A stretch of 64,000 nucleotides of DNA, taken from positions 1,760,001 through 1,824,000 of the forward strand of contig CAXXIA010000002.1 of the NCBI GenBank assembly GCA_963666985.2, in the 5' to 3' direction. Both the position numbers and the translations under genes were made by a program. This document shows positions 53,218 to 62,509 of the stretch, piece by piece. Below the pieces are notes generated by a model. That model was not told the DNA's origin. It did not search any database and was given only the letters and a program-made list of their open reading frames with translations. Origin of the DNA: Spirochaetia bacterium. GTDB taxonomy: Bacteria; Spirochaetota; Spirochaetia; DSM-2461. The first letter of the stretch is position 1, and each line of letters begins with the position of its first letter.

Positions 53218-53978
53218 ATATCAAACTTGAGACCGTCACCGAGAGAATGAATTCGCTGGGTATGAGTTTCATGTCCGCAGGACTGGAATCCTTCCTGGCA
53301 GAACCCCGCCGGCAGGAACAGACGGTACTGGATATCGTTGCCGACTTGATGGAACTTGAATACATCCCCCGTAAAGAACGGAGCGCCAAGAGCCGCTTGA
53401 AGCTTTCAGGAATGCCGGCAGTGAAAAGGCTGGAAGACTTCGACAGGGGGTGGCTCAAAGGTGGTATCACCAACCGCCAGTTTGACGAGCTCTCCTCTCT
53501 GGCCTTCATCGAGCGAAAGGAGAACGTCATTCTCATGGGTCCCAGCGGCCTGGGAAAATCTCATCTGATGCTGGCCCTGGGGCACAAGGCCTGCATGGAG
53601 GGATTCACCACCTACCATACCACCTGCATCGACCTCATTGAGAACCTGGTTCTTGCCCGAGAGAACAACCGGCTCAAGCGTCGGCTGGTATGGCTCCGAA
53701 AACCGCACCTGCTTCTCATCGATGAAGTCGGTTACGAGAAGCTGACACCCGAACAGGCTAATCTTTTCTTCCAGGTTGTGAATGCCCGGTATGAACAGGG
53801 GAGTATGATCATTACGACGAACAAGCCATTTGGCAGATGGGCGGAGATAATGAGTGATGAGGCTGTTGCCAGTGCAACCCTGGACCGTCTGCTTCACCAT
53901 GCTCATATCCTGAGTCTTCAAGGAGACTCGTACCGAATGAAGGATCGGTTGAAAGCGGGAGTCGTTGACTTCCTTTGA
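53214..53978 (+). CDS. istB: IS21 helper ATPase IstB
   Basis: GPSGLGKS, LLIDEVGY, LDRLLHH, GDSYR. Confidence 0.95.
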   Translation: MNIKLETVTERMNSLGMSFMSAGLESFLAEPRRQEQTVLDIVADLMELEYIPRKERSAKSRLKLSGMPAVKRLEDFDRGWLKGGITNRQFDELSSLAFIERKENVILMGPSGLGKSHLMLALGHKACMEGFTTYHTTCIDLIENLVLARENNRLKRRLVWLRKPHLLLIDEVGYEKLTPEQANLFFQVVNARYEQGSMIITTNKPFGRWAEIMSDEAVASATLDRLLHHAHILSLQGDSYRMKDRLKAGVVDFL

Positions 53979-54447
53979 CGCCCAAAACCGGAAAAACTAA
54001 ATCGGTGAAATCCGGAAATGTTTCGTCGGTGTTGACATCTGGTAGATCTCGAGAATCTTTTTTGGCCCCCAGCTGGAGTTGTGCAACGTCTTGATCCGGA
54101 TAATACCGCATATAACGTCTTCAGGCGTTTGGTTGGGGCTGCTGCGAGGTCTACGGGGTCGTTCCTTCAACCCGGCGAGCCCTTCCTGGATAAACCGGTT
54201 TTTCCATTTAAGGCCTGTCGGCCGGGAGATCCCGTACTCAGCACAGAGGTCTTTCATACAGACATGGGGATCCATGGCCTTGAGGGCGAACTCGAATTTG
54301 ACGTCCATAATATTGGTCTCCTTCCACGGCATAACCAGCACCTCGATAAGGGAAAGTGCTGATCATTTTAGTTCTTGTCGTGTAAAGGATGTCCTGGTAC
54401 TCTCGTGTAAACGATGTCCTGAACCCGTACCAAACAGGAATGAAGAA

Positions 54448-54975
54448 ATGAGTCCAGAAACGATTGCATTTATCTCACTAATTGTCGCATTTATTTCGGT
54501 TCTAATTTCTATTAGGGGTAATAGAATTGCACGGAAGAGCCTCTCGCTTTCACAAAAGCAAGATGAAGACTTAAATCGTGAAATTGTAGGATACCTTATT
54601 GATGGTATTCGTTGGAACTCAAATAAAAATAGCTACATTTCATTTGCTGTTTCTTACACAAACACGGCAACTGCTAAGAATACATTTACTAATTTCATGC
54701 TTGAAATAGAATTTTATGATGAGCAGAAGAAATTTGGGAAAATAAAATTAGATCCAAAAAGAAAAGAAATCCCCAACCAAATTTCTGAAAAATTGTCTGA
54801 GATGGAACTACCTATCAATATCGGAGATCGTGAAACGATATCTGGTTGGATAACTTTTCAATTACCAACAATGACTGGTTTAAATATTGAGCAATATAAA
54901 ATTCTAGCAGAAACAGCAAATCATCAAATAGTTGAAATTGACTCTATTCTTGTTTCGAAAGTGGTGGAGAGATGA
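54448..54975 (+). CDS. Hypothetical protein with N-terminal TM helix (cassette 23)
   Basis: ATG 54448 just after the IS end; IAFISLIVAFISVLISI. Confidence 0.7.
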   Translation: MSPETIAFISLIVAFISVLISIRGNRIARKSLSLSQKQDEDLNREIVGYLIDGIRWNSNKNSYISFAVSYTNTATAKNTFTNFMLEIEFYDEQKKFGKIKLDPKRKEIPNQISEKLSEMELPINIGDRETISGWITFQLPTMTGLNIEQYKILAETANHQIVEIDSILVSKVVER

Positions 54976-55517
54976 GTGAAGAAATGCATTTGTCAATAAT
55001 TGCCGATGGAGCTATTGCTTCAACACAAATTGGTGATGGACGACTTATTCCAGTGCTAATTCTAGAGTGCAATGAAGGAAATAACTTTAAAAGGCTAGTT
55101 GAAATTCAAGAATCGACGAAAACAGGTGATGCAATTGTACGATGGGGATATCAATTACATAGTAAAAGGTATGTACGACTAAATGTATCTTTCTCAAAGC
55201 CAATGGAAATCGAGATCAATATAACTTTTGATCTTAGAAAATACGCTATGGTTGTTGATGGTATTCAAATTGTCAAATCAGTTTATTTACAGCCAGGACA
55301 AATGGGAGATCGTGTATCTTCAACGATGGATCACCCAAAGATTGTCATTGAAATACCCGAAAAAACAAGACTTGCAAATTGGGACTTAATTGTTCTTAGC
55401 AATATAAAAAGGAGGTTAAGAAAGAAAATTAGTTCAAGAAAGTCTCTAAAGAAGGCAGCTCGCGATCATTTGGAAAAGGGACGCGAAGTCTTTTTGAAAA
55501 GAATGGCGGTTGAATAG
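54972..55517 (+). CDS. Hypothetical protein (cassette 23)
   Basis: 181-aa ORF coupled by ATGA overlap. Confidence 0.72.
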   Translation: MSEEMHLSIIADGAIASTQIGDGRLIPVLILECNEGNNFKRLVEIQESTKTGDAIVRWGYQLHSKRYVRLNVSFSKPMEIEINITFDLRKYAMVVDGIQIVKSVYLQPGQMGDRVSSTMDHPKIVIEIPEKTRLANWDLIVLSNIKRRLRKKISSRKSLKKAARDHLEKGREVFLKRMAVE

Positions 55518-55525
55518 TTTATTTC

Positions 55526-55733
55526 ATTTAACAGCTGTTGATGCGCTCCGGCGATAATCAGGGATTATCGCCTCCGGGCCTTCGGCCAAATTTGCCTCTG
55601 TCATAGATTTTGCGTAAGGCTGCTGTTGTGGTAAGATGAGTTGTAGTTTGCGGTTGAGGTTGTGAAGAATCGCAAAATCTCCGCCAGTCGCTTGAGCGAA
55701 CGGCAAACTTCGCATACCAGCGGGCCGTTTGGC
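55526..55733 (+). repeat. attC: attC-like site 23 (type B)
   Basis: Conserved termini; first hairpin GGCGATAATC/GATTATCGCC. Confidence 0.85.
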
Positions 55734-55799
55734 GAACTTGCTCAAAAGAAAAATATTTTCATATTGAAAGGTAGTACTTATGTATAGTACTATAATTTT

Positions 55800-56057
55800 G
55801 TGACGAGTAAGAACCGAAAGACACTCGAGGCCATTTTCCAACGACCAACATCATCGAATATCAAATGGAAGGACATCGAGACCCTTTTTCTTTCTCTCGG
55901 TGGGGAAATCTCCGAAGGCTCGGGTTCTCGCGTACGAGTAAAACTCAATGGAGAAAGAGCTGTCTTTCATCGGCCTCATCCTCAGCCAACGACGGATAAA
56001 GGGGCGGTTGAGTCTGTAAAAAGATTTTTGAAGAACGCAGGAGTCAAAGATGCTTGA
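55800..56057 (+). CDS. hicA: HicA toxin (cassette 24)
   Basis: WKDIETLF, EGSGSRV, HRPHP. Confidence 0.92.
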   Translation: MTSKNRKTLEAIFQRPTSSNIKWKDIETLFLSLGGEISEGSGSRVRVKLNGERAVFHRPHPQPTTDKGAVESVKRFLKNAGVKDA

Positions 56058-56385
56058 GTATAAAGGTTATATAGGAACAGTCACATTGGATTCAGACGCT
56101 CATATCTTTCATGGCGATGTCATTAATACTCGAGATGTTATTACCTTTCAAGGTCGGTCAATCGATGAATTGGAGCAGGCTTTTCATGGTTCGATCGATG
56201 ACTATCTGGAATGGTGCAAGGAAGATGGTTTGGAACCGGAAAAACCATACTCTGGTCGATTCAATTTACGTATTTCTCCTGAACTTCACAGAGAGGTGGC
56301 CATTCAAGCCAAAAAGGAAAAAATGTCAATTAACAGCTTCGTGGAAAAAGCTGTTAAGGACGAATTGTCTCTGAGTCACTCATAA
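56050..56385 (+). CDS. hicB: HicB antitoxin (cassette 24)
   Basis: YKGYIG, ITFQG, PEKPYSGRFNLR. Confidence 0.92.
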   Translation: MLEYKGYIGTVTLDSDAHIFHGDVINTRDVITFQGRSIDELEQAFHGSIDDYLEWCKEDGLEPEKPYSGRFNLRISPELHREVAIQAKKEKMSINSFVEKAVKDELSLSHS

Positions 56386-56386
56386 G

Positions 56387-56803
56387 ATGTTTAATCTGAC
56401 ACAGAAAGCAGCAAAACATTTCAAAGAAGTATATTCATCACTAGAAGGGCGATCAGGAAATTTCTGGCGTTTGGATACTGTATATATTAATCACAGAAAA
56501 ATATTAATGTGTGTACATGAACCGACTTTGTTTACTCATTTATTTTATGGAACCGAATATAAAACGTATGAACCAATAGTCAGAAAATTAAAGGATTATC
56601 ATCCTTGGTTTATGGATGGGTTCAGTGTTGGAAAGGGACTGAATAGAAGAGTTGGTGGTTCAATGACGGATATGAAAATTTCAATGAAATACTATTCAGA
56701 AAAAACACTTAAAGAACTCGAGGAAGAAATTAATCAAACGCCTTATTCATATCTTGAACATGGAGTTCCAGAATCTGAGCTTCAGGAATTTGTATTAAGA
56801 TAA
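56387..56803 (+). CDS. Hypothetical protein (cassette 24)
   Basis: 138-aa ORF directly after hicB, ending before the attC. Confidence 0.7.
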   Translation: MFNLTQKAAKHFKEVYSSLEGRSGNFWRLDTVYINHRKILMCVHEPTLFTHLFYGTEYKTYEPIVRKLKDYHPWFMDGFSVGKGLNRRVGGSMTDMKISMKYYSEKTLKELEEEINQTPYSYLEHGVPESELQEFVLR

Positions 56804-56814
56804 AAAGCAAGTTC

Positions 56815-57022
56815 GCCAAACAGCTGTTGATGCGCTCCGGCCGCTAAAAGTGTTTAGCGGCCTCCGGGGCTACGCCCAAATTTGCCTCTGTCATAGATTT
56901 TGCGTATGTCTGACGTTGTGGTAAGATGAGTTGCAGTTAGCGGTTAAGGTTGTGAAGAATCGCAAAATCTCCGCCAGTCGCTTTGCGAACGGCAAACTTC
57001 GCATACCAGCGGACCGTTTAAT
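56815..57022 (+). repeat. attC: attC-like site 24 (type B)
   Basis: Conserved termini and arms. Confidence 0.85.
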
Positions 57023-57088
57023 GAATATTCGATGTATTTATGAATGTTCTAAGGTGCAATATTAGTAGCAATTTCAGGAGCTAACTCT

Positions 57089-58309
57089 ATGACGAGTTTT
57101 ATAATATCCAACGCCGCGGACCCTTCTGAATCCTCTATAGAAATTTCCAAAGAGAGATATCTCGAGTACACAGATGAGTCGAGATTTGCTTCGCTTTTTT
57201 CTCTATCCGACGAGGCAATTGAATCCATAAAGAGTTGGCCATGTCTTATTACTACTGAGGGTCGTAGTTCTGAAATCATAAGATTGGTAAAAATCACATC
57301 GATCCTCGAAACCAATTCGGCGTTTCAAGTAGCTTTTCAAGTATTGCCATTAAAAAAACCACTTACTAACGGATTGGTATGGAAAGAAAGGCACCGTCTT
57401 GGTCTCGAAGAGTTCGAATTCAACCGGTATCATTGGACAATAAAAACAAGCAATATTTTCGAAGTGCTTCTCGATGAGAGCTTTGTTGGATCATCACAAA
57501 TAGAAGCGTTTCCAGAAATGGAAGTTCCTTCCCCAATACGATCAGATCTGATAGCCGCTAAGAATATTATTTCTGAATGGAGTCATACAGAAATAGATGA
57601 CTTCCTCTTAGAGGCCGGAGTTGTCGGTTTGAATGCAGATCGTTCCATCGGAAGTAGACATGATCGCGTAAACACTATTCTTCGATCAGTATTAAAAAAG
57701 CCATGGTTAAAAACAGCTGAGAACCGATTGTTTTCTAGCTTTATGATTGAAAAGGCGGGTGCTGGAGTAACAGATCAAAATCCAGAAGCGAATGACGAAC
57801 AACGGGTGCCTGACGAACCCGTAAAGGAATTGGGGCTAGATTTTCCGATATCGTCAGAAACACCAACAGCAGTTTCGACTCGAGTATTTGTTGTTCATGG
57901 GCGTAATGATGTCATTAGAAATCAAATAGTTACTTTCTTATCAGAAATAGGGCTAGATCCAATCGTTTTACACGAGCAGGCAAATATGGGCCGCCATTTG
58001 CTTACGAAGTTCATAGATGAAGCCGATTTAGCCTCTTTTGCCGTGGTCATAATGACAAACGATGATGAAGGTGGTCTTTTAGATGAAGGAAAGAAGCCAC
58101 GGGCACGTCAAAATGTAATATTTGAATTGGGATACTTCATCGCACACTTGGGCCAGAGGAAAGTCTGTGCGTTAATATCTCCAGGCCTTGAGACTCCTTC
58201 GGATTTCGATGGCATTGTATATGTTCCTATAGATGAGCAAGAAGATTGGAAAAAAACACTTCATCGTGAATTAGCTGCAGTAGGTATTCCCGTAAAGGTT
58301 CCTAAGTGA
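57089..58309 (+). CDS. Protein with C-terminal Cap12/Pycsar-type TIR domain (cassette 25)
   Basis: VFVVHGR, LHEQAN, RARQNVIFELGYF, PSDFDG. Confidence 0.85.
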   Translation: MTSFIISNAADPSESSIEISKERYLEYTDESRFASLFSLSDEAIESIKSWPCLITTEGRSSEIIRLVKITSILETNSAFQVAFQVLPLKKPLTNGLVWKERHRLGLEEFEFNRYHWTIKTSNIFEVLLDESFVGSSQIEAFPEMEVPSPIRSDLIAAKNIISEWSHTEIDDFLLEAGVVGLNADRSIGSRHDRVNTILRSVLKKPWLKTAENRLFSSFMIEKAGAGVTDQNPEANDEQRVPDEPVKELGLDFPISSETPTAVSTRVFVVHGRNDVIRNQIVTFLSEIGLDPIVLHEQANMGRHLLTKFIDEADLASFAVVIMTNDDEGGLLDEGKKPRARQNVIFELGYFIAHLGQRKVCALISPGLETPSDFDGIVYVPIDEQEDWKKTLHRELAAVGIPVKVPK

Positions 58310-58333
58310 TTATTTATAGCAATCTGAATATTC

Positions 58334-58548
58334 ATTAAACAGCTGTTGATGCGCTCCGAATACATTTGCATGCAAATGTATTCTCCGGGGCTTCGCCCAA
58401 ATTTCGCTTTGGCGATGGTTCTTGCAGATGCGTTCCTAGAAGTTGTGTGATAGGCTCAAATGCGAACAGGTTTTCCGTTGAAGTGCAAGAACGCATGCCA
58501 ACCGGCTACGCCGGCCGCGAAACTTCGCATACCAGCGGAACGTTATGT
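58334..58548 (+). repeat. attC: attC-like site 25 (type A)
   Basis: Conserved termini; first hairpin as in site 3. Confidence 0.85.
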
Positions 58549-58598
58549 GCTTTTTCGTTTTTCCAGTTAATAACATTAATTGCCATAAGGAGGGAGAA

Positions 58599-59051
58599 AT
58601 GGGCATCAATTATCAATTAAAAGCAGAAAAAGGCAAAATCGAAGATGAATTAAATTCCGCAATTAACAGGCTTATTTCTGGCTGCGAAAAGCTTGATATG
58701 GCTTTAGCCTTCGAAATCTTCTCAGATTCATCTGAGTTCTTGATGATGGGAACGGATGGAAGCCTTTGTGATTATCAGACTTACTTGAAAAACAATATCG
58801 ACTATTTATCCGGTTGTGAAAGTTTTAAGTTGATAACGTTTGATCGAAAAATACGAATCATAAACAGTGAGGTAGCTATCTTCTCATGGGCTTATGGGGT
58901 TGAGGCAAAATTAAGAACGGGAGATATTGATATTATTGATAATGCAGGAGCTTCTTTTGTCTTCCGAAAAATAGAGAATACATGGAAGGTTGTATATTAT
59001 CATGAGTCATCAGTACCTCCGAAAAGAAACTCTCCACCAAGAGAATCATGA
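58599..59051 (+). CDS. NTF2/SnoaL-like protein (cassette 26, duplicate of cassette 7)
   Basis: Protein identical to 25299-25751. Confidence 0.8.
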   Translation: MGINYQLKAEKGKIEDELNSAINRLISGCEKLDMALAFEIFSDSSEFLMMGTDGSLCDYQTYLKNNIDYLSGCESFKLITFDRKIRIINSEVAIFSWAYGVEAKLRTGDIDIIDNAGASFVFRKIENTWKVVYYHESSVPPKRNSPPRES

Positions 59052-59145
59052 CGATTGAAATCCAAGTGTAAATAAGGGATTACACAGAACGTCTCGCAAG
59101 TATCGCTTTCTGTTGCTGTTTATAGTGATGTCGGAATCAGAATAT

Positions 59146-59550
59146 ATGGAAAATGAAATAGTAATAGATAAAAAATCCAGCCGGGCGATTTGGGCTCTAT
59201 AGTGGAATTGCATGGCAACTATTACAGCAAGCATTTTGGCTATAACATAACCTTTGAACCATATGTTGCTTTACCTCTTGCTAAGAAGAAAGCAAAAACT
59301 GCGCAGTTGAGATGGTTTATCCTTGATGGAAGTCTCCAAGGAAAAGGCATTGGAAATCAACTAATGAGATTTTCTATTGATTTTGCAAGAGAAAAAGGAT
59401 TTTACAAGCTGATTCTCTGGACGGTAAGGGATCTAAAAAGTGCGATTCATCTGTACGAAAAGAATCTTTTTTTTGCTTAAGAAAGAAGTTTCCCACAAGA
59501 TTTGGGGGGTGGAATTGACGGAACAACACTATGAATTGAAGTTGAAATAG
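59146..59550 (+). pseudogene. GNAT pseudogene (cassette 26)
   Basis: Versus 25846-26334: -1 in an A run, 84-bp deletion, +1 in a T run. Confidence 0.85.
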
Positions 59551-59616
59551 GGTTAATTCCGAATACTCTGTTTAAGAAGATGAACTCTCAATAAAGACAA
59601 ATATGAGGGAAAAAGC

Positions 59617-59824
59617 ACATAACAGCTGTTGATGCGCTCCGGCCGCTAAAAGTGTTTAGCGGCCTCCGGGGCTTCGCCCAAATTTGCCTCTGTCATAGAT
59701 TTTGCGTAAGTCTGTCTCTGTGGTATTATAAGTTGCAGTTAGCGATTGAGATTGTAAAATTTCGCAAAATCTCCGCCAGTCGCTACGCGAACGGCAAACT
59801 TCGCATAACAGCGGGCCGTTTGAT
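59617..59824 (+). repeat. attC: attC-like site 26 (type B)
   Basis: Conserved termini and arms. Confidence 0.85.
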
Positions 59825-59842
59825 GAACTTTTCGCTTTGAAG

Positions 59843-61185
59843 TGAGCGACCAGGACATCCTTTACATTTTAGGTTCAGGACATCGTTTACACAAAACAAG
59901 CTTAAACGAAGCATTTGAATCCATCAACTGAAGGGAGAAAGGCATAGGTTTTCAAATCAATTTCTCCCAATCTGAGATTGTCAAACCATACGGTGAAGCT
60001 CTCATCCTCATTCTCCCGAAGTCCAACTTGGTATCCTGAAAAGACATAACTGACAAAGACTCTATGCCTGTCGATAGTAACGGCTCCCCGATTATTCACC
60101 ATTCTCACCAGATACCCGGCCGGGTAGATCACCTGAGGGATTCGAGGAGGGAAAGGCCGATTGGACTTTGTGTAAATACTTCCGGGAGTCTGCATTTTGA
60201 GAGCTTCATGCGGACGAACACTGTTGAATTGATTTCTCCAAACATCAAAGTGTGCCTGATGTTCTGAGAGGTTCCCTTGAATCTGTCCCTGCAATTCGCG
60301 TTTGATATCGGCATGCATTCTTTCATGCCCTCCGTTTTCACAAGGCCTTCCTGGAGTGATGCGATCAAGTTCAATTCCCAAGGCCAGCCACCAAACACTT
60401 AAGCGGGTGAGTCCGAGTAATCCCTTCATGGAAGCAAAGGGTGGTCCGTTATCGGAGCGGATTACCCGAGGGATTCCATAGAGAGAAAAGAGCTTTTCGA
60501 ACTCTGTTCTAACTTCTTGTGTGTCAGCCTTTTGGAGAGCTTTGATGGTGAAGATGTATTTGGAGTATTCATCCCGAACCGTCAGAGGTTCACACTTTTC
60601 ATTATCGGGAGTGTACCACCATCCTTTGAAGTCGACCGTCCAGATATCATTAGGGGCTTTGGCCTGCAGATGTGTTTGGATTCGGCTGCCTTTGGTCTGC
60701 TGCCGTTTCTTTCGATGATGAACCAGTCCTGCTTTATCAAGGATGCGTTTGACGGTGGTGAGGCTTGGGGGATTATTATGAGGATGGGTCTTCTGGTAGA
60801 TCTCGAGAATCTTTTTTGGCCCCCAGCTGGAGTTGTGCAACGTCTTGATCCGGATAATACCGCATATAACGTCTTCAGGCGTTTGGTTGGGGCTGCTGCG
60901 AGGTCTACGGGGTCGTTCCTTCAACCCGGCGAGCCCTTCCTGGATAAACCGGTTTTTCCATTTAAGGCCTGTCGGCCGGGAGATCCCGTACTCAGCACAG
61001 AGGTCTTTCATACAGACATGGGGATCCATGGCCTTGAGGGCGAACTCGAATTTGACGTCCATAATATTGGTCTCCTTCCACGGCATAACCAGCACCTCGA
61101 TAAGGGAAAGTGCTGATCATTTTAGTTCTTGTCGTGTAAAGGATGTCCTGGTACTCTCGTGTAAACGATGTCCTGAACCCGTACC
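59843..61185 (-). mobile_element. IS481-family element copy 3 (1343 bp)
   Basis: Same ends as copies 1 and 2; AAG(T) duplication. Confidence 0.9.
59902..61095 (-). CDS. IS481-family transposase
   Basis: Protein identical to 38334-39527. Confidence 0.9.
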   Translation of the reverse strand: MLVMPWKETNIMDVKFEFALKAMDPHVCMKDLCAEYGISRPTGLKWKNRFIQEGLAGLKERPRRPRSSPNQTPEDVICGIIRIKTLHNSSWGPKKILEIYQKTHPHNNPPSLTTVKRILDKAGLVHHRKKRQQTKGSRIQTHLQAKAPNDIWTVDFKGWWYTPDNEKCEPLTVRDEYSKYIFTIKALQKADTQEVRTEFEKLFSLYGIPRVIRSDNGPPFASMKGLLGLTRLSVWWLALGIELDRITPGRPCENGGHERMHADIKRELQGQIQGNLSEHQAHFDVWRNQFNSVRPHEALKMQTPGSIYTKSNRPFPPRIPQVIYPAGYLVRMVNNRGAVTIDRHRVFVSYVFSGYQVGLRENEDESFTVWFDNLRLGEIDLKTYAFLPSVDGFKCFV

Positions 61186-61269
61186 AAGTCGTTTTATCTT
61201 GTCTGAGTTAGAAGGAATGTTTTTCTTATTGTGAAAATGATATTTCTTATGCCAGCGAATCTATTCAAA

Positions 61270-61422
61270 TTATACGGTAATCATTTTTTGATTCTTTTTA
61301 AGAATCTTCGTTAAGGATTCTCCCCAGTATTTTACTTCAATTCCAACATCTTCAAGAAGAGCCGTAACTCCAAGTTGATCGGCGCAAGCCTTACACTCAG
61401 AAACCTTTGCACCATTCTTGCT
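61270..61422 (-). pseudogene. 3' fragment of a DsrE-like gene (cassette 27)
   Basis: Reads KNGAKVSECKACADQLGVTALLEDVGIEVKYWGESLTKILKKNQKMITV-stop with no start codon. Confidence 0.55.
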
Positions 61423-61802
61423 CAATTGCTACCCGATAGAATCATATTAATAATTCCTTCTTCAGTTTCGGGTATATCATAATCTCCAGTGAGTTTCCCA
61501 GGATAGTGATACGCAATCCCCTCTTTCTCATTTCTTTCGAGACAATCTAAAAGCTGTTCAGTGCTATTTTTCTTAATAAATCTGGCAAATGCTCTTATTC
61601 GTATTTTATCCAGCATACTTCCATTACATGGAAATTCATCGCATTCCCAACAACCATTGAGTTCTCTTTCTTTGCAACAGCGAAGATTTTTACACCATTC
61701 CTTATTTGCACAACCATCGTTACGGCATCCAAGACAATCTGCATTCTCACTGCAAACAGCACAACCAAGACCGCAATATGCAATGCCTTTTTGTCTATCC
61801 AT
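61422..61802 (-). CDS. DUF3795-type Cys-rich protein (cassette 27)
   Basis: AYCGLGCAVC, CLGC, CC, GCWECDEFPC. Confidence 0.8.
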   Translation of the reverse strand: MDRQKGIAYCGLGCAVCSENADCLGCRNDGCANKEWCKNLRCCKERELNGCWECDEFPCNGSMLDKIRIRAFARFIKKNSTEQLLDCLERNEKEGIAYHYPGKLTGDYDIPETEEGIINMILSGSN

Positions 61803-61830
61803 ACACTTTATCTCTTTTAAGAAATCTGAA

Positions 61831-62157
61831 TTATCGTAATTGACGATTCAACAAAATATCTTCAACATTTCTGCGTCCGTCCATGACGGCCATAATAAAA
61901 ATCTTTTGCTGTTCTACCCGGTAAATCACTCGCCATGGAGAGATAATAATCTCACGATATCGATAAACATTCAGATCCTTCAATTCGGGAACAACGCGTC
62001 CGTGTTGTGGGAAATCAGTCAGTCTGGATACTTCGGTTTCGATTTCATCAAGAATCTTACGAGCAATGCTGATTGAGTCTATTTTGATATACTCAATGAT
62101 TTCAAAGAGATCTTCACGGGCAGTTTTGGTCCAGAAAATCCGAAACGATTTAGGCAT
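61831..62157 (-). CDS. RelE/ParE family toxin (cassette 27)
   Basis: AREDL.EI.EYI, FPQHGRVVPEL, WRVIY, DGRR. Confidence 0.9.
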   Translation of the reverse strand: MPKSFRIFWTKTAREDLFEIIEYIKIDSISIARKILDEIETEVSRLTDFPQHGRVVPELKDLNVYRYREIIISPWRVIYRVEQQKIFIMAVMDGRRNVEDILLNRQLR

Positions 62158-62425
62158 TTTCTAAAAGGTTCCGAGCGTCTTGAAAGACAGAGGCATGTTC
62201 TACAAGTTCGTTGTTTTCGGTATCTCTTTCGCCTGCAGCCATAAGTTTAAGAATCCCAAGGCTATTTCTCATATCTTGATAAGACTTTGTATCCATAAGG
62301 ACAGCTTTCGCTTCACCATTTTGAGTTATCACAATAGGGCTATGAGTTTCATTAACGCGTTTGAGCGTATCGGCGGCATGAGTCTTGATATATGAAATTG
62401 GCTTAATATCTTCCGAAACATTCAT
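62150..62425 (-). CDS. Phd/YefM antitoxin (cassette 27)
   Basis: IKPISYIK, PIVITQNGEAKAVL. Confidence 0.9.
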   Translation of the reverse strand: MNVSEDIKPISYIKTHAADTLKRVNETHSPIVITQNGEAKAVLMDTKSYQDMRNSLGILKLMAAGERDTENNELVEHASVFQDARNLLENA

Positions 62426-62509
62426 AGTGTTCTCCCAACCTATCTAGTCTTTATATGTTACTCTAAAAAGACTGGCGAGGCAATGTGAGAGTGTGAGTAG
62501 GAAAAGTTC

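Larger units (their letters stand above)
51841..54037 (+). mobile_element. IS21-family insertion sequence (2197 bp)
   Basis: IRs TGTCAGCACCG / CGGTGTTGACA; 5-bp duplication TCTGG; istA-istB. Confidence 0.93.
50887..54431 (-). mobile_element. IS481-family element copy 2, interrupted by IS21
   Basis: Same ends as copy 1; AAAC duplication; 1343 bp after removing the IS21 and its duplication. Confidence 0.92.

Noticed and set aside
54079..54447. N-terminal extension of the 298-aa ORF
   Set aside because: It is antisense IS481 sequence fused in frame; the likely start is 54448.
20308..59840. Recurrent short ORFs overlapping the attC sites (ending RSASTAV or containing RWYAKF)
   Set aside because: They are translations of the repeat with inconsistent frames, starts and lengths.
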